A DNA stretch of 64,000 nt from Octopus sinensis (taxonomy: Eukaryota). Numbering within the stretch: position 1 is the first letter of the stretch; every line of letters starts with the position of its first letter. Position numbers and translations under genes: made by a program. Below the pieces are notes generated by a model, which saw only the letters and a program-made list of their open reading frames with translations, ran no database searches and had not been told where the DNA came from. Of this stretch, positions 50,448-63,023 are shown piece by piece. The stretch spans positions 78,244,001 through 78,308,000 of the forward strand of contig NC_043008.1 of assembly GCF_006345805.1 (NCBI RefSeq). Direction: 5' to 3'.

Positions 50448-51739
50448 AGAGTGGCGTTCAATAAGTAATGCCTCTGACCCACTTCCCATAGCAGTAGAGC
50501 AACGAAACTTGGCACAGTTATTAGTTTTTTTCTACATAGGAAACATCCAGAGTTACGCATTTCTCCCATCGTTTGATACAGCTCTGGAGACCGTTTTTGT
50601 AGAAGACCCCAGCTTGGTCCTCCAACCACGACGTGACTGCATCATCAAGGCTGCATCATCCGGGAAACGCTTTCCTTTCAAAAACAACTTCATGGCTGGG
50701 AAGAGGTGAAAATCAGAGGATGCAAGATCAGGAGAATAGAGAGGATGGGGGAGGAGTTCATAGCCGCACGCCTGTGCTTTTGATCTGGCGACAAGCGAGT
50801 TGTGGACCGGAGCGTTGTCCTGCAGGAGGAAGATGCCTTTGCTGATCTTGCCCCGCCTCTTGATTTTGATAGCTTCTCTTAATTTCCTCAAAAGTGAAGC
50901 ATAATAGGCTCCTGCAATTGTGGTACCCTTTGCCAGGAAATCTGTCATCACTACTCCGTCCTGGTCCCAGAAGATTGTGAGCATGACCTTGCCAGCGGAG
51001 GGGTGCACCCTTGCCTTCATTGGAGGAGGTGAGTCACGGTACTTCCACTGCATTGACTGGGCTTTGGTCTCTGGATCATAGTGATGGACCCAGGTTTCAT
51101 CCTGTGTAATCAGTCTTTTGAAAACTTTTGACTCATCTTCTTGGCACATCTCCAAATTCATCCTTGAGCACTCGACGCGTTCTTGCTTCTGGAAAGGTGT
51201 GAGCAACCTGGGAATCCATCTGGCAGACACCTTTTGCATATGCAAATGGTCATCAATGATAGTTTCCACAGACCCGGTACTAATCTTGACCTCATGGGCT
51301 ATTTGGCGAATAGTTATGCGTCGATCTTCCAAAATGGCAGCCTCAACTTGACGGACAGATGCCTCATCAATGGCAGAAAGGGGGCGACCAGATCTGGGAG
51401 CTATTTCCACAGAGTTCCGACCATGTTTGAATTCATGATGCCAGTGTTTTACAAGGTCATATGATGGGGCATCATCACCATAAGTTACTTTCATTTTATC
51501 AAAAGTCTCCCGTAGTATGCGTCCTTTCAAATACAAAAACCGGATCACTGCTCGACACTCAACTGGCTCCATTTCACACTTGACTCAGTTCAAACACCTG
51601 TAAATCAGAAACCACAATTAGTTCAGAGCTGTAATTTGCCACGTAATCTATAGAGATATGAATAATTGCACATGCAAAATTTCAGCTAGATCAAACAATT
51701 GCAGGTTGGTCAGGGGTATTGTTTATTGAACGTCCTTCG
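50448..51739 (-). mobile_element. Full-length mariner (irritans-like), TA-flanked, imperfect TIRs of about 35 bp
   Basis: Left ta|agagtggcgttcaataagtaatgcctctgacc; right rc ta|cgaaggacgttcaataaacaatacccctgacc. Confidence 0.92.
50553..51572 (-). CDS. Mariner DD34D transposase (frameshifted only near the C-terminus)
   Basis: HTH region, WIPRLL, QDETW, QDNA-x-HPLYSPDLASSD with 34 residues between the 2nd and 3rd Asp. Confidence 0.9.
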   Translation of the reverse strand: MEPVECRAVIRFLYLKGRILRETFDKMKVTYGDDAPSYDLVKHWHHEFKHGRNSVEIAPRSGRPLSAIDEASVRQVEAAILEDRRITIRQIAHEVKISTGSVETIIDDHLHMQKVSARWIPRLLTPFQKQERVECSRMNLEMCQEDESKVFKRLITQDETWVHHYDPETKAQSMQWKYRDSPPPMKARVHPSAGKVMLTIFWDQDGVVMTDFLAKGTTIAGAYYASLLRKLREAIKIKRRGKISKGIFLLQDNAPVHNSLVARSKAQACGYELLPHPLYSPDLASSDFHLFPAMKLFLKGKRFPDDAALMMQSRRGWRTKLGSSTKTVSRAVSNDGRNA

Positions 51740-51899
51740 TATGTGCATGTGTGTGGGGGGATGTGTGTATGTACACCTATGCACACATACACACACTCGC
51801 ATAAATACAGACGCACAAGCACAGATATATGAGCACATAGACACATATATGTATATACTCCCACATCTACGTATCACACCGCACCTTCTTACTTCCCAT

Positions 51900-53190
51900 C
51901 CAACCACGTGACCAATTTCCTGTCCACCACATGGTCGGTTTTTTGTTCACCATGCGATATTTTCCAAGTAATTGATGTCACTGAAATACCAACATCAAAC
52001 TGTGGAACTGCCTTTCCTTTGTCGGCCAATCGCAGCCTACCTTCTTGTAATAACAATCATCTTTCTTCAATTGTGCTTTTACTGCTGGAGGTGCGGCTGC
52101 TTTCCCTACTGGTGGTTTTTCTTGTGGTTTAGGTGGAGGGCACTCTGCTCTTATGTGGCCCTTGGGCCACACTTAAAACAACAAGACTTTCTACCCTCCA
52201 CCATAACCTTTAGATTGGTTCGTCGCCTACCAGTATGGTGTCGACAATCTCCTTGAGGTATGCAGGGGCAGCCTGGATTAGCATTTCTTAGTCCTGCCAG
52301 TTCTGTTGTTTGATTTTAGTTGCTTGGAGGATTGTTATTTGTGTCAGGTGGCTTCTACCTGCTCGAAAGCTATGCTGGAAGTCAGTCAGTAAGTCAGTCT
52401 CAAGGACTTTGATAGTGTGTGAGACCAGAGAGTTAGGCCAATAAGGTGATTGTCGCCACGAGGAAGGCAACGTCAACCTCTGGTGGATCTCTCCCACCTT
52501 AACCTTGGAAGTACGTCTAACCAGGTACGTAGGTAACAGGACCACTTCGTTAGATTTCAGCTGGGTCGTAGATTGTTGCCTGGCAATAGCTTCGGATGAG
52601 AACCGAGCCTCCGTCGTTGCAAAACGTTTTTCCCTTGCAAGATATACTATATCCTGCCAGATGGGCCTCAGACACTTTTCCACCTGTTCTTTCGTCACCT
52701 TTTATTTTTCTTAGAGACGGTTTTAAAAAATCACTGTTTTATGGGAAGTTGTATGGTACAATTTAGCTCGGAGGGGGTATTTTAATTTCGTGCCCCTCCT
52801 TACGTGGAAGACCTTTGAATTTATCAATTTGATTCGTTTCGATGGACATCTTTTCTCTTGTGACGCTAATCATCGAGTCAAAATTGTTTTGGTTTCTGTC
52901 GTACTGTCGTTTTCCTTTTGTATAATTTTGTCCAAAATTTTGACACACTGAGTTAATTCCTCCCTGGAGGATTCGACGTCAGTAGAACTTAAGTCCGAGA
53001 ATATCATAATTTTTTTTATATGTATAGAACAATACACAATTAGATATTTTCCCCTTTCAAACAAGTAGGGAAACGTTAACGTGTCTGCAACAACGCAGAA
53101 TTAATAAAGTGTTTTAACAACACGGTAACAAAATCAGTTCAACAATAATTCAACAATAATTACAACAAACAGTACTTTACCGTAAAAAAA
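51900..53190 (-). mobile_element. Tx1-like ORF1 and 5' region, in opposite orientation to the adjacent ORF2
   Basis: EQVEKCL..LLPTYL.RRTSKVKV resembles ORF1 of copies A and B; VEGRKSCCFKCG/KGHIRAEC knuckle. Confidence 0.75.
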
Positions 53191-53199
53191 CAAGCCAAA

Positions 53200-56100
53200 C
53201 TCGAAAAAAAGATCCGGCGACACCAGCAGCAGCAAAGACCCAGGTGGAGACGAACAAAATGAAGAAGAAAGAAAACCAAACAAAAGACGACGAGTGGATC
53301 ATTGTTTGGAAAGAAAGAACCTCCATCCTGCACCCACATACATTAGTCCCCACCCTACCCCATAGTCACTGATCCCTACCCTGCTCCCCGCAGACACATT
53401 CCCACCACTAGGTAAGAAATCTTTTTTCTGTTCTCTTAAGGTAGGCTGCATAAATGTACGTGGTTTGGGATTGGAAACAAGGTCACCTCCTTAACGTACA
53501 GTTTAGATCGTTTCATTACTACAGAAACCAGACAGAGTGAACTGCAGGCTTTCTCCCCACTCCTAAACGGCTACGAGAAATTTATTTCTTCTTGCCATCC
53601 TGGAGTGGGGGGAGGTGTCGTGGTCCTACTCAGGAAGGATTTGAAGCTACAGTTAAGGACAATCTTTGTTGATCCGGAGGGCAGGCTATTCGTCGTTTAT
53701 ATGACGCACAGCATTCAGATTGGTAACTCTCTATGCTCCCTGTAAAGGTGTGCAATCAGACTTTTTTCTAGGCGTAGAGAATTTTTCAGGAACGTCACAA
53801 ACTTTAGTGCTGTTAGGAGATGCACGCATAGTTTATGTTGGCTCGAACTCAGATAGTGGGGGAAACTCATGCCTCAACGATCTGCTCAGTCGCTTTCAGC
53901 CGGAAGATTGATACATACCAGAATTCCCTTATGCTCCAGGGTGGGCACGGGTTAACAGTGATGGGTCTTCTAGATCTTACTTAGGATTATAGTTAGACGT
54001 AAAGATAAAGACAGTTTTCCACAATTCCACTTGGTCAGCTACAGTGATCACAAACTTATGACCTGTAGGTTTGACTTAGATAGGTTATGTACACAGGGAT
54101 CCGACTACTGGAAAGTCGCTTCTGGCTTGTGAAGTGTACAGAAGTCAGATTAGGCAATTAGTAATGAGGACACTAACCGCATCTGTTATTAACAACATAT
54201 GGTGGTGTGCCCTCAAGTTTGAGTCTATTAAGTTCAGTAAGGAGCTAGTAGGGAAGACGTATAGAATAGAAAGGGGCCTAGTTAAGGCTCTAGAAGAGAC
54301 ATTGAGGACTGGCAGTGTGTCCCAAGTTTTGGCCGCGAGATTGGCACTCAGTCAACACCTTAAGGCTATACACGATGGATACATCGTTAGAGCTAAGCTT
54401 CGTGCAATGGGACGAGAGGGAGTCAACGCCGCCCGATGGGCCTGTGTGAAGGAGACCCACTGTGGCAATGATGCCACAATAAGGTCTTTGACGGATCAAC
54501 AAGAGCGTACGGTAAACGAACCCGAGGAGAGGTGCAAGGTTTTTCACGAGCTATTCGTGGACCGGAGCGTAGGGAGGACTTCGTGGACTTCTCCACCGAT
54601 CACAGCTACTAGCATGCGTCTACACCAACTGGCAGGAGAATGGGTTTATACCTAGATCTGTCAGCCGGCGGGGTTGTGCTAACAAGGGGAATATAGTAGA
54701 TCAGTTTCGGCCCATCACTCTGTTTAACGCAGAGTTGAAGATTTTGGCCAACGTACTATCAAAAAGGTTGGCGTGTGTCGTGTATGGACTCATCGGGGAG
54801 GCGCAAACTTGCGCCATTCCCGGCAGGTCCATACAGGAAATCTCCACCTTATACACTATACCTTATAGAGGGTTAATAAGATTCATGGCAAGGGTGGGGC
54901 TTTGATAAATTTAGACCAGTCTAAAGCTTTTGAAAGGGTTGAGCATCAGTATCTGATGTCGGTTTTCACTGCGTTTGGTCTTGGCCCGGTCTTCCGTGGG
55001 TGGATCATTGTTTTATATAGCAACATCGATTCGATCGTTCGGGTGAACGATTTCTTTTCGAAACCGTTCTGCATCAAGCATTCGGTACGTCAAGGATGTC
55101 CCCTCTACCCACTTCTATATGTGCTGGAGCCTATTCTGCGGAGGTTCGAGGGTATGAGGGGCGCCCCATGTGATCTAGTATGTGGAAAGTCGGTTGCGGT
55201 GTATGCGGACGACATCACCATCATCGTGTCCGAGGTGGAACACCTGCAGAAAGTAGGCGAGGTCATTAAAGATTACGAGGCGGTGGTAGGAACAAATATC
55301 AACCGTGATATGTTAGTGGGCATCTGGAGAGACAAGTCAATACCACCCAACAACGCAGTCGTGCGTTGGACGGAAGGTCCGCTTAAAATGCTAGGAGTTT
55401 GGTACAGTCCAGACCTCTAGACAGAAGAATTGGAGCGAGGTTACGAGCAGAGAGGCCTACCTAACTCAGACCTAGTCTGAGCGGTGTCTATTCCTGAAAG
55501 GGAGGGCAGAGATCGTAAATGTGTTCATCGCATCTGTGATTACTTACTGCTTAACTGTCGTGCCTTGTCTGAGCAAGATGGAACGTGGCTGAGCAAGATG
55601 GAACGATTGCTCTTTCGCTTTTTGTGGAAGGGCAAGTGTCCGCTTGTAAGGCACTGTCTGCTGCCAGCAGCTGCTAATGGTTGGGCTAAGGATGCCGAGG
55701 CTAATGATGCGTAGGCATGCGCTAAGTCTGAGGTATCTTTGGCTCTATCTGGATGGTGAACGAGTGTGGTCTTCGTTCGTCAAACTGATTCTTCCTCAAT
55801 TCCCTAGTTTCGGTGAATTGGAACTGTGGATGAAGCGTAGACCTAATTTGGGAGCGTGGTATGCCAAATGTCGGCACGCTCTCGCGCTTCTCTCCTGGAC
55901 GGGTAATGCCGATGGTGAGGGTTCCACCTCATCATTCTATAGAGGGCTGATAGAGGCCAAGTGTGACGATGATCTGGGGAAACTTTGGGTTTCGATGAAG
56001 GTCAACTTGTTGGTTTGTTCCAAAGGACATTTGGGCCGAGGCCTTTGGACAACTTCCAAAGGTCTCTGGCTTCGTAATGTTACCGAGGAGACTTACCAGT

Positions 56101-56423
56101 TCGAGACAAACTCGCTAGGCATGGCTATTCATGCCAACCCAATTGCTATTGTGCAACGCCGAAACTATCGAGTTGTAAGTTTATGTCGAACACCTGCTGT
56201 CACGTTTAGGAAGAATACAGCTGTCTTCCGAGTCAATTATAAAGATTGTTGCACCGCCCTCACTGAAAAGGGAATGGAAGATCTGTTTTCTGGATGTAGT
56301 AGCGATCGTGAAAGTGGTTGTGTAGAGGTATCGCATGAAAAGAGTAGTGAAAAGATGGATGAAAGTAACATACTCGTTGAGAGTGTATGTAGCTTCTTAG
56401 GAGAGGACAAAAGGAGTATTTAA
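53200..56423 (+). mobile_element. Degenerate Tx1-like LINE (copy C): ORF1 tail, APE, RT
   Basis: LKVGCINVRGLG at about 53436, YAP, SDHK, FRPITL, DQSKAF, SVRQGCPL, VYADD. Confidence 0.85.
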
Positions 56424-56999
56424 AGGTTCAGTGGTGGAACTTGGTCTGTGAGGTCACCTACGCCGATCACTTCATCATAGTCATTCATAGTTATCATCCT
56501 TCTCAATTATTAAAAAAATCAAGAGTTGATTTCATCTCAACAGGATTACGTGTGATGTTGTTATACCTCCTCATAGGTTCTGCTTTTAGTTGTGCTTCCG
56601 CTACGGCGAGATAGAAATTCGCAGATTACAGATATTTGATACTTGTTCGTTTACCTGTGCAAAGAGAATTACAAAATTTGACAAAAGTATCATTATTTGT
56701 TTAGACTTCTTTATAATACCTTATACGACTTGATGCTAGTACAAACGAGTCTGTCTCGGATCCATTTACGCAGATACTCTAATAAAGATTTGGAGTAGTT
56801 TGTTATATTCATCTCGAGTGGAAAATTCTGGCTTCGCATTTAAGCGTAATGAGAAATCACGTGCATATTGTTTTGTTCTTTCTTTTATCAATTTACCAGT
56901 TTCAGCTCGAGAGCTGCGGCCATGCTGGAGTACCACCAAAGTATGATACTATTTCTTCCAGGATTTTCAAGATGTATATCATTGTATATATTTCTCAGC

Positions 57000-57540
57000 T
57001 TTATTCTAAGGAGTAGTCTTAACTTTTTCAAACTCTCCCAGTAGTGGTCAAATCGCACTGAGATGATCTTTGTGTAGCTTCACTGGGTTGCTTCCAGATC
57101 CGCCGGTTATTTTACAGTGTGTGATGACCATAGTTCAGAGCAGTCGTCTAAATGGCCATCGTCTCCTGATATCTCCTACTAAAAGTTCTAATGATCCATC
57201 CGATCAGCCGCCAGCATTTTATTGCCAACTCAGTAATATGCACCTGGAAGGTGCATCATTAATCATGTTAATGCTCGAGTCGCGCACTGATCTTGATTCA
57301 GTGATTGCAATCCTTCTTGGGCCAGTGTATCTTGTCTGCATTTTCTTCAGCTGCTTTAACACTCAGTTGTATACCATAAGATTTGTGTCAGGTAGTTTCT
57401 ACCTGCTCGAAAGCTATGCTGGGTGTCAGTCAGTAAGTCAGTCTCAAGGACTTTGATAGTGTGTGAGACCAGAGAGTTAGGCCAATAGTTTATAGCATCT
57501 TCTCTGTTTCGTTTTTTATGGATAGAGCCTATTATCCTTT
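57000..57540 (-). mobile_element. Degenerate CR1-group RT fragment
   Basis: YWPNSLVSHTIKVLE..QHSFRAGRNYLTQI; low-level similarity continues downstream. Confidence 0.55.
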
Positions 57541-57822
57541 CTTCAATTGGACTGGTAGCTTACCATTTCCAAGAAAGCTCTGCAAAAGAAACTGCAGTGG
57601 TTTTGCAAGGGATCGTTTGCACGATTTGAGAAGGCTTCTGCGAACATATACATATATTTCAAGAGTTGAACTAAAAGAACAGTAACAAAAGAAAAATTAT
57701 ATGAGATTATTGTACTTCGCTTGAAACATTTTGTATAGTTTGCAAAATATAACGTGTCTTGAATGGCACAAGAATGCAGAGTGGACAATAATAACTGTTA
57801 TAATCAGTTTTATATATAGATG

Positions 57823-57858
<36 letters not shown>

Positions 57859-58645
57859 TACATACATATATATATATATATATACTTTGATAATTTCATA
57901 GGTTTCGGCCAGTATTGGCTCAGGCCATTTATTACTTTATGATACATTTCTCATCAGTTTCCTTATTTGAATTTTCTGTGATGTCTATCAATGTACAGAT
58001 GTACAGAGGTGGTCAGTTTCTTATAAAAGGAATTGATAGTCCAGTTTCAAATTCGAGGTTATTCTACTTAAAATATTAAAGCACATAATAATACAATACA
58101 TAAATGCAACGAAAACTAATCTCTCCTATGAATCTGAGGTATTAACACGATTAGCCCTAAAGGAACTCTACCCACCACCCAGATTCGATACATAGCTGTA
58201 AGAAACCGATGAATATCAAATAATTTCATTAACTTTCTCCACAAAAAGAATATATTGATTCATTGCTGCGTCTAGTAAAAGGGATACATATGACCGAGTC
58301 CATAGATTGCTGGACAACAGCTGCATCGAAAGTGAAAATATTCAGTTGTTTTCTTCATTAAACCACTGAAACGTGTACAACTATGTGCACCTATCTTTAT
58401 GGGGTAGAAAATTATTATTGGACTCAATAATAAATGGAGTGGATAATTAAGTCAACATATATAACATGGCTATACTGTGAATTGTCTTACATAGTAAATA
58501 AATAAAGCGAATTTGATCAGATAACGTTCCGGCAGGAGAAGACTATTCTGATAGCCACTCAACAAAAAGATTATTGTCTTATGCGCCCAACATTTTGGCA
58601 TTGAGAAAAGTAAGACAATCTAATTAAGAGGAAACTAATAATCTT

Positions 58646-58927
58646 TTGTTGTGTCCAGAGAGAGTCATTTTCTTTCTGTGCCTTATAATTTAACACATTC
58701 ACCGGTAAAATTTCCACTTATTCCTTATTTTTATTTTCCTAAAATTTTCATTGCATCTTGCAACCTTTTCAATTGACTTGACTCTGTCCGTTCAAGACTA
58801 TTGAAAACGTTGCAAGACGCAACGAAAATTTTTAGGAAATAGAAATAAGAAATAAGTGGAAATTTTACCGCGGAGTGTATTAAATTATAATGCACAAAAG
58901 GAAAATGACTCTCCCCAGACACAACAG
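58646..58927. repeat. Inverted repeat with arms of about 130 bp and a spacer of about 25 nt
   Basis: 58646-58774 is the reverse complement of 58800-58927. Confidence 0.9.
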
Positions 58928-61204
58928 AATATGCTTCAACACACGAACTCACATAAAGAATCTTGCAAACCAAATCCCAAAACGAAATAATAATCTTTTA
59001 TTGAATGAAATTTAGATCTCATTATCATTTGCAGTAGGTTCAATCTAAAGATGGAAATAAATGTATACATGCAAATTAATAGTTCTAACTGCGAGTTGTC
59101 GAGTATATATGTGATGGGGTTTATGTGATTGCGCATGTTTCCATATTAGTTATTGCAATACAAATTTATCACAAATTAATATTACTCTCTTTTATATTGC
59201 AAATATATATAATGGAAATGCAACAAAATATTTGAATATAAATATATATTTACATTTTAAATGATTTTTTTTTTTACAATTTATAAGCAATTTAATTTAG
59301 AACAAATGGTTATGTCTACTGCATAGGGCAGAACTCTGTAGATCATTGTGAAAATTAATATTCCTGATCCATGACCAGTAATATATAAGGAGAAAAACCA
59401 GAACTAGAAAAACGTCGGTTAATGTACAAGAATATATATTAAACTGATTTGTTTGTAGTATTTAAAACTTTTATTGTTCAATGCATTAAAAATAAGAAAA
59501 TACTGTATGGGTACTCAAAATGGGAGTTGTTTATATTATACGAGATTGTACGAGAAATAGCTTGATAAGAGTAAAGTGATGAAAGATAATAAAAATAAGA
59601 AGAGAACGTAAAAGGGGATTCGGTTGGCGTGATATATAATAGATAAAACAAAACAAGTAACAAAAGAACATATGTAGATGTATATAGAACGTTAGAAATA
59701 TTTCTACATATGAAATACATAAAAACATGTTGCAAATATTTCTTTCGATAAAGAAATAATAGACTCAGAGTTACAGGGTTTGGCACCACCATCTAGCTTT
59801 GGAGTTGAGTCCCAAAGTATTCAGATCATGTCTCCCGTTTAAGAATAATTTTCTTCCACTAGTTTCAGAGGCCTTGAAAAGTACCATGTGTCCTTCTGCT
59901 CTCTTTATGCGTCATGCCTACGGGCATCCATTGTCATGGATCAACAGGCCTATAGGTTTTGGTGGTCACGAACAAGATAAAGTCTGAAGAGTCGTAAACT
60001 TTTTTTGGAAAAGGTATAACTGTGTCTTCCCGTTGCTTTCTACCTGTTTATTTACAGTTTAGCCTGCTAGCCTTCTACTTTCCCGATATTACACTTGAAG
60101 CAAGGGGTATTGCTTCACATAACATTAAGGTATGACCGCGCGCAGGTGAATCCGTTTAAGACATGCCAAGGAATAGGTCCTCTTTCGAAGATGGATCTGT
60201 GCCTATACCTTAGACACAGATCCATCTTCGGGTATTCGACCCACGAATGTGAACGTTGACAATTACAACCAACCTAGGTCAGTGCAGACTGGGGATTAAT
60301 GGTGATCAAGACTCCACCAAACTTTTTTGAACTCGCTGAATGCTGTTTAATGCCTTGCCCACAACTAATTGTCTTTCATCACCTACCTAAACTATAAAAA
60401 CTTATCAACTCATGCGACATATTAACATTTAAAGTAGATGAAGAAAATCGGCTAAAGGAGTTTAAATTAACAGTAGAAGTGAATTGAGCTAAAAGCCATT
60501 CATTATTTTCATTCGCTTTATTACGTGACAAATATACTTACATCATTAAGTATATTAACTTATCATTGAATTAAAAATATGAAAAGGCAAAAGAATTTGT
60601 TTTATGATAAAATCGTAAGTGAAGCTCTTCTCGTGCTTAACAAAGAAATACTGAGTATTATAATATGGAAAACAATTCTCTTCGGGAGAATTCACAGATT
60701 CAGAAATAGATCAGAAATAACTAAACTATAGAATTATCTTTTGCAAAAGCAGGTCAAGTCGTTAATTCTGAAAGCACCAGTTATTGTTTACATGCATTGA
60801 ATAATTCTTAATGTTCATATTCGTCGTATGAATTTTACAGAGCACAGACGAATATATACAGCTTTTTCATATATTCTAATTAAAATTAATATGAGTGTAC
60901 ACTTTTTTTGCATTAATTCCTTGATTGCATTTTTACGAGTGATGACTTCTCTATACAATACTGTCATATTTAACAGAGGAAACTTTATCGGTAAGCTTCC
61001 GATACAAATAATTTTTAATATTTCAGCCATTTCGTATCCCATCTGTCAATAAACTTCATATCGGTGTGATTGATAATGTCTAGTATAATTTCATTCATGC
61101 ATGTGTAATGCTTCGGAAATACATATTGGAATGATATAGAGAATATAATTTTGTGCATGTCTTTCATTAGCTCTCGTTTTTTCCTATTTCTTTTTTATCT
61201 TTTA

Positions 61205-61492
61205 TATTTTACTTGTTTTAGTCATTAGACTGTGGTCATTCTGGAGCACCGACTTGAATTTTAAGTCGAATGAATCGACCCCAGGACTTATTCAATCAGT
61301 CGCTTTTGCCGAACTACTATGTTACGGGACGCAAACACACCAACATCGGTTGTCAAACGGTGGTGGGAGAACAAATACAGATATGCATATACACGACGAG
61401 CTTTTTTCAGTTTCCGTCTAACAATCCAGTCACAAGGCAGTGGGATTCAACCAGGAACTATGTGGTTGTGAGGCAAGCTTCTTACCACACAG
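61205..61492 (-). mobile_element. SINE family A copy with internal deletions
   Basis: Same blocks as 3050-3332 and the 19.7 kb head. Confidence 0.75.
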
Positions 61493-61511
61493 TAAAATTA
61501 TATATATATAT

Positions 61512-61712
61512 AGTTAATCTAAACAAGAAAGCACAAAAAAACACAACAACGCGAGCACGTGGAACACATTTAGTATTATTGGATGCTCAGGAAAGAAGGA
61601 AAGAAGGAGGGTTTAACGTTTCGAGCGGATTCTTCGTCGGAAACATAGAAGGAAAGATCCAGAGAAGGGAAGACAGAGGAGAAAAATCGCCAACGGTACA
61701 CACAAGGTCACA
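61512..61712 (-). mobile_element. Second copy of the 200 bp hammerhead-bearing repeat (core mutated to CCGACGA)
   Basis: Aligns to 17600-17812. Confidence 0.75.
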
Positions 61713-61713
61713 T

Positions 61714-61762
<49 letters not shown>

Positions 61763-61929
61763 AAAATTTCTTAAACTTTCTTAAATATAAAAAAGTTTAC
61801 TTAACTCTCGAAAACCGTGTCATTAACTAAAATCTCAAAACGAAAAACGTCTTTTAAGCGTTTATAAGAAAATTCGTGGAATTACGTTATTAACAGAAAT
61901 AGAATAAGTAGATGGAAAAATTCTTTTAA

Positions 61930-62004
61930 CAATGAAAGCTACGAATATAATTTATCAATGAAAACTACGAATAAATATTATCAATGAAAACTACGGCTAT
62001 ATTT
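61930..62004. repeat. Three tandem 26-bp units (caatgaaa.ctacgaata..)
   Basis: Direct reading. Confidence 0.85.
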
Positions 62005-62745
62005 TAGCTTTAATAGATAAAGAGAACAAAGTCACTAATAGAGAATATACTCACTATACTCTATATCTTTCACTATAAAACTAAAATTTATAATTAACCA
62101 CAATAAATTATATTCAAAACTCTATAAATTAAATAATTTATATAAACTACCATTTACTGTATATTCTCTAATAATCTTAAACAAATTTATTTTATATATA
62201 TAAAAATGGCTACGTTGGAGTCAAATCTTTATTTAAATAAAATATCTTTTAGACACATACAATATTGACTCAGTAGTAATTCAAACATTATCTATATTAT
62301 GACCACTAATTAATAAACTAAATTAATTTAAAAACTATAATGTAACAAAATTCATTAATATAATATTAATTAATTAAATAAACATCTAAATAAGTCTACT
62401 TCGAAATATATAAAATACATTTTGATTAATATAAAAAAATTATTAAAAACTATAAACTTAACTGTCGTATATAATAAATAAATATTATATATCATACTAA
62501 TACTAAAAACAAATGCTAAATAATAATAAATTAAACTTATCATATAGGTAAAGTAATCTATATTTAGATCAAATACTTCACTCTTTGATTAAATAAATAA
62601 AGTACTTATTATCAGTATTAATAAATATTACATAAAGAAAAACATTATTATACTACACATTCAAAATTATATATTTAACGTTACTAAAACTATTACCAAA
62701 AAAGATATATATACTTAATACTATAAATTTTAGTAGACATAATAA

Positions 62746-62992
62746 TCATAGTAGGGTCATTCCGAAAAGCTCTACCTGCGACGATTTCATCTCAATCGAA
62801 GGAGAGGAGCTTTCTCCGTCCGGGTTGCGGATCCGTGGAACAAGCTGCCAGACGAGATGGTGAAGATGCCGACGACCGCTTTGTTCAAAGCCTCCCTTGA
62901 CCTCAAGTGGCCTGAACTCTTTACATGAACACCACCCTGTACTTAACTCCATGTCCCCCTACATGGCCTTGCTATTTGCTTTTGAGCCAAAT

Positions 62993-63023
<31 letters not shown>
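62746..63023 (+). mobile_element. CR1-like LINE 3' end, same family as 20547-21959
   Basis: Reverse-complement match to 20570-20815; (TAAC)n tail. Confidence 0.9.

Noticed and set aside
61930-62004. CRISPR-like array
   Set aside because: Contiguous tandem units without unique spacers; eukaryotic context, no cas genes.
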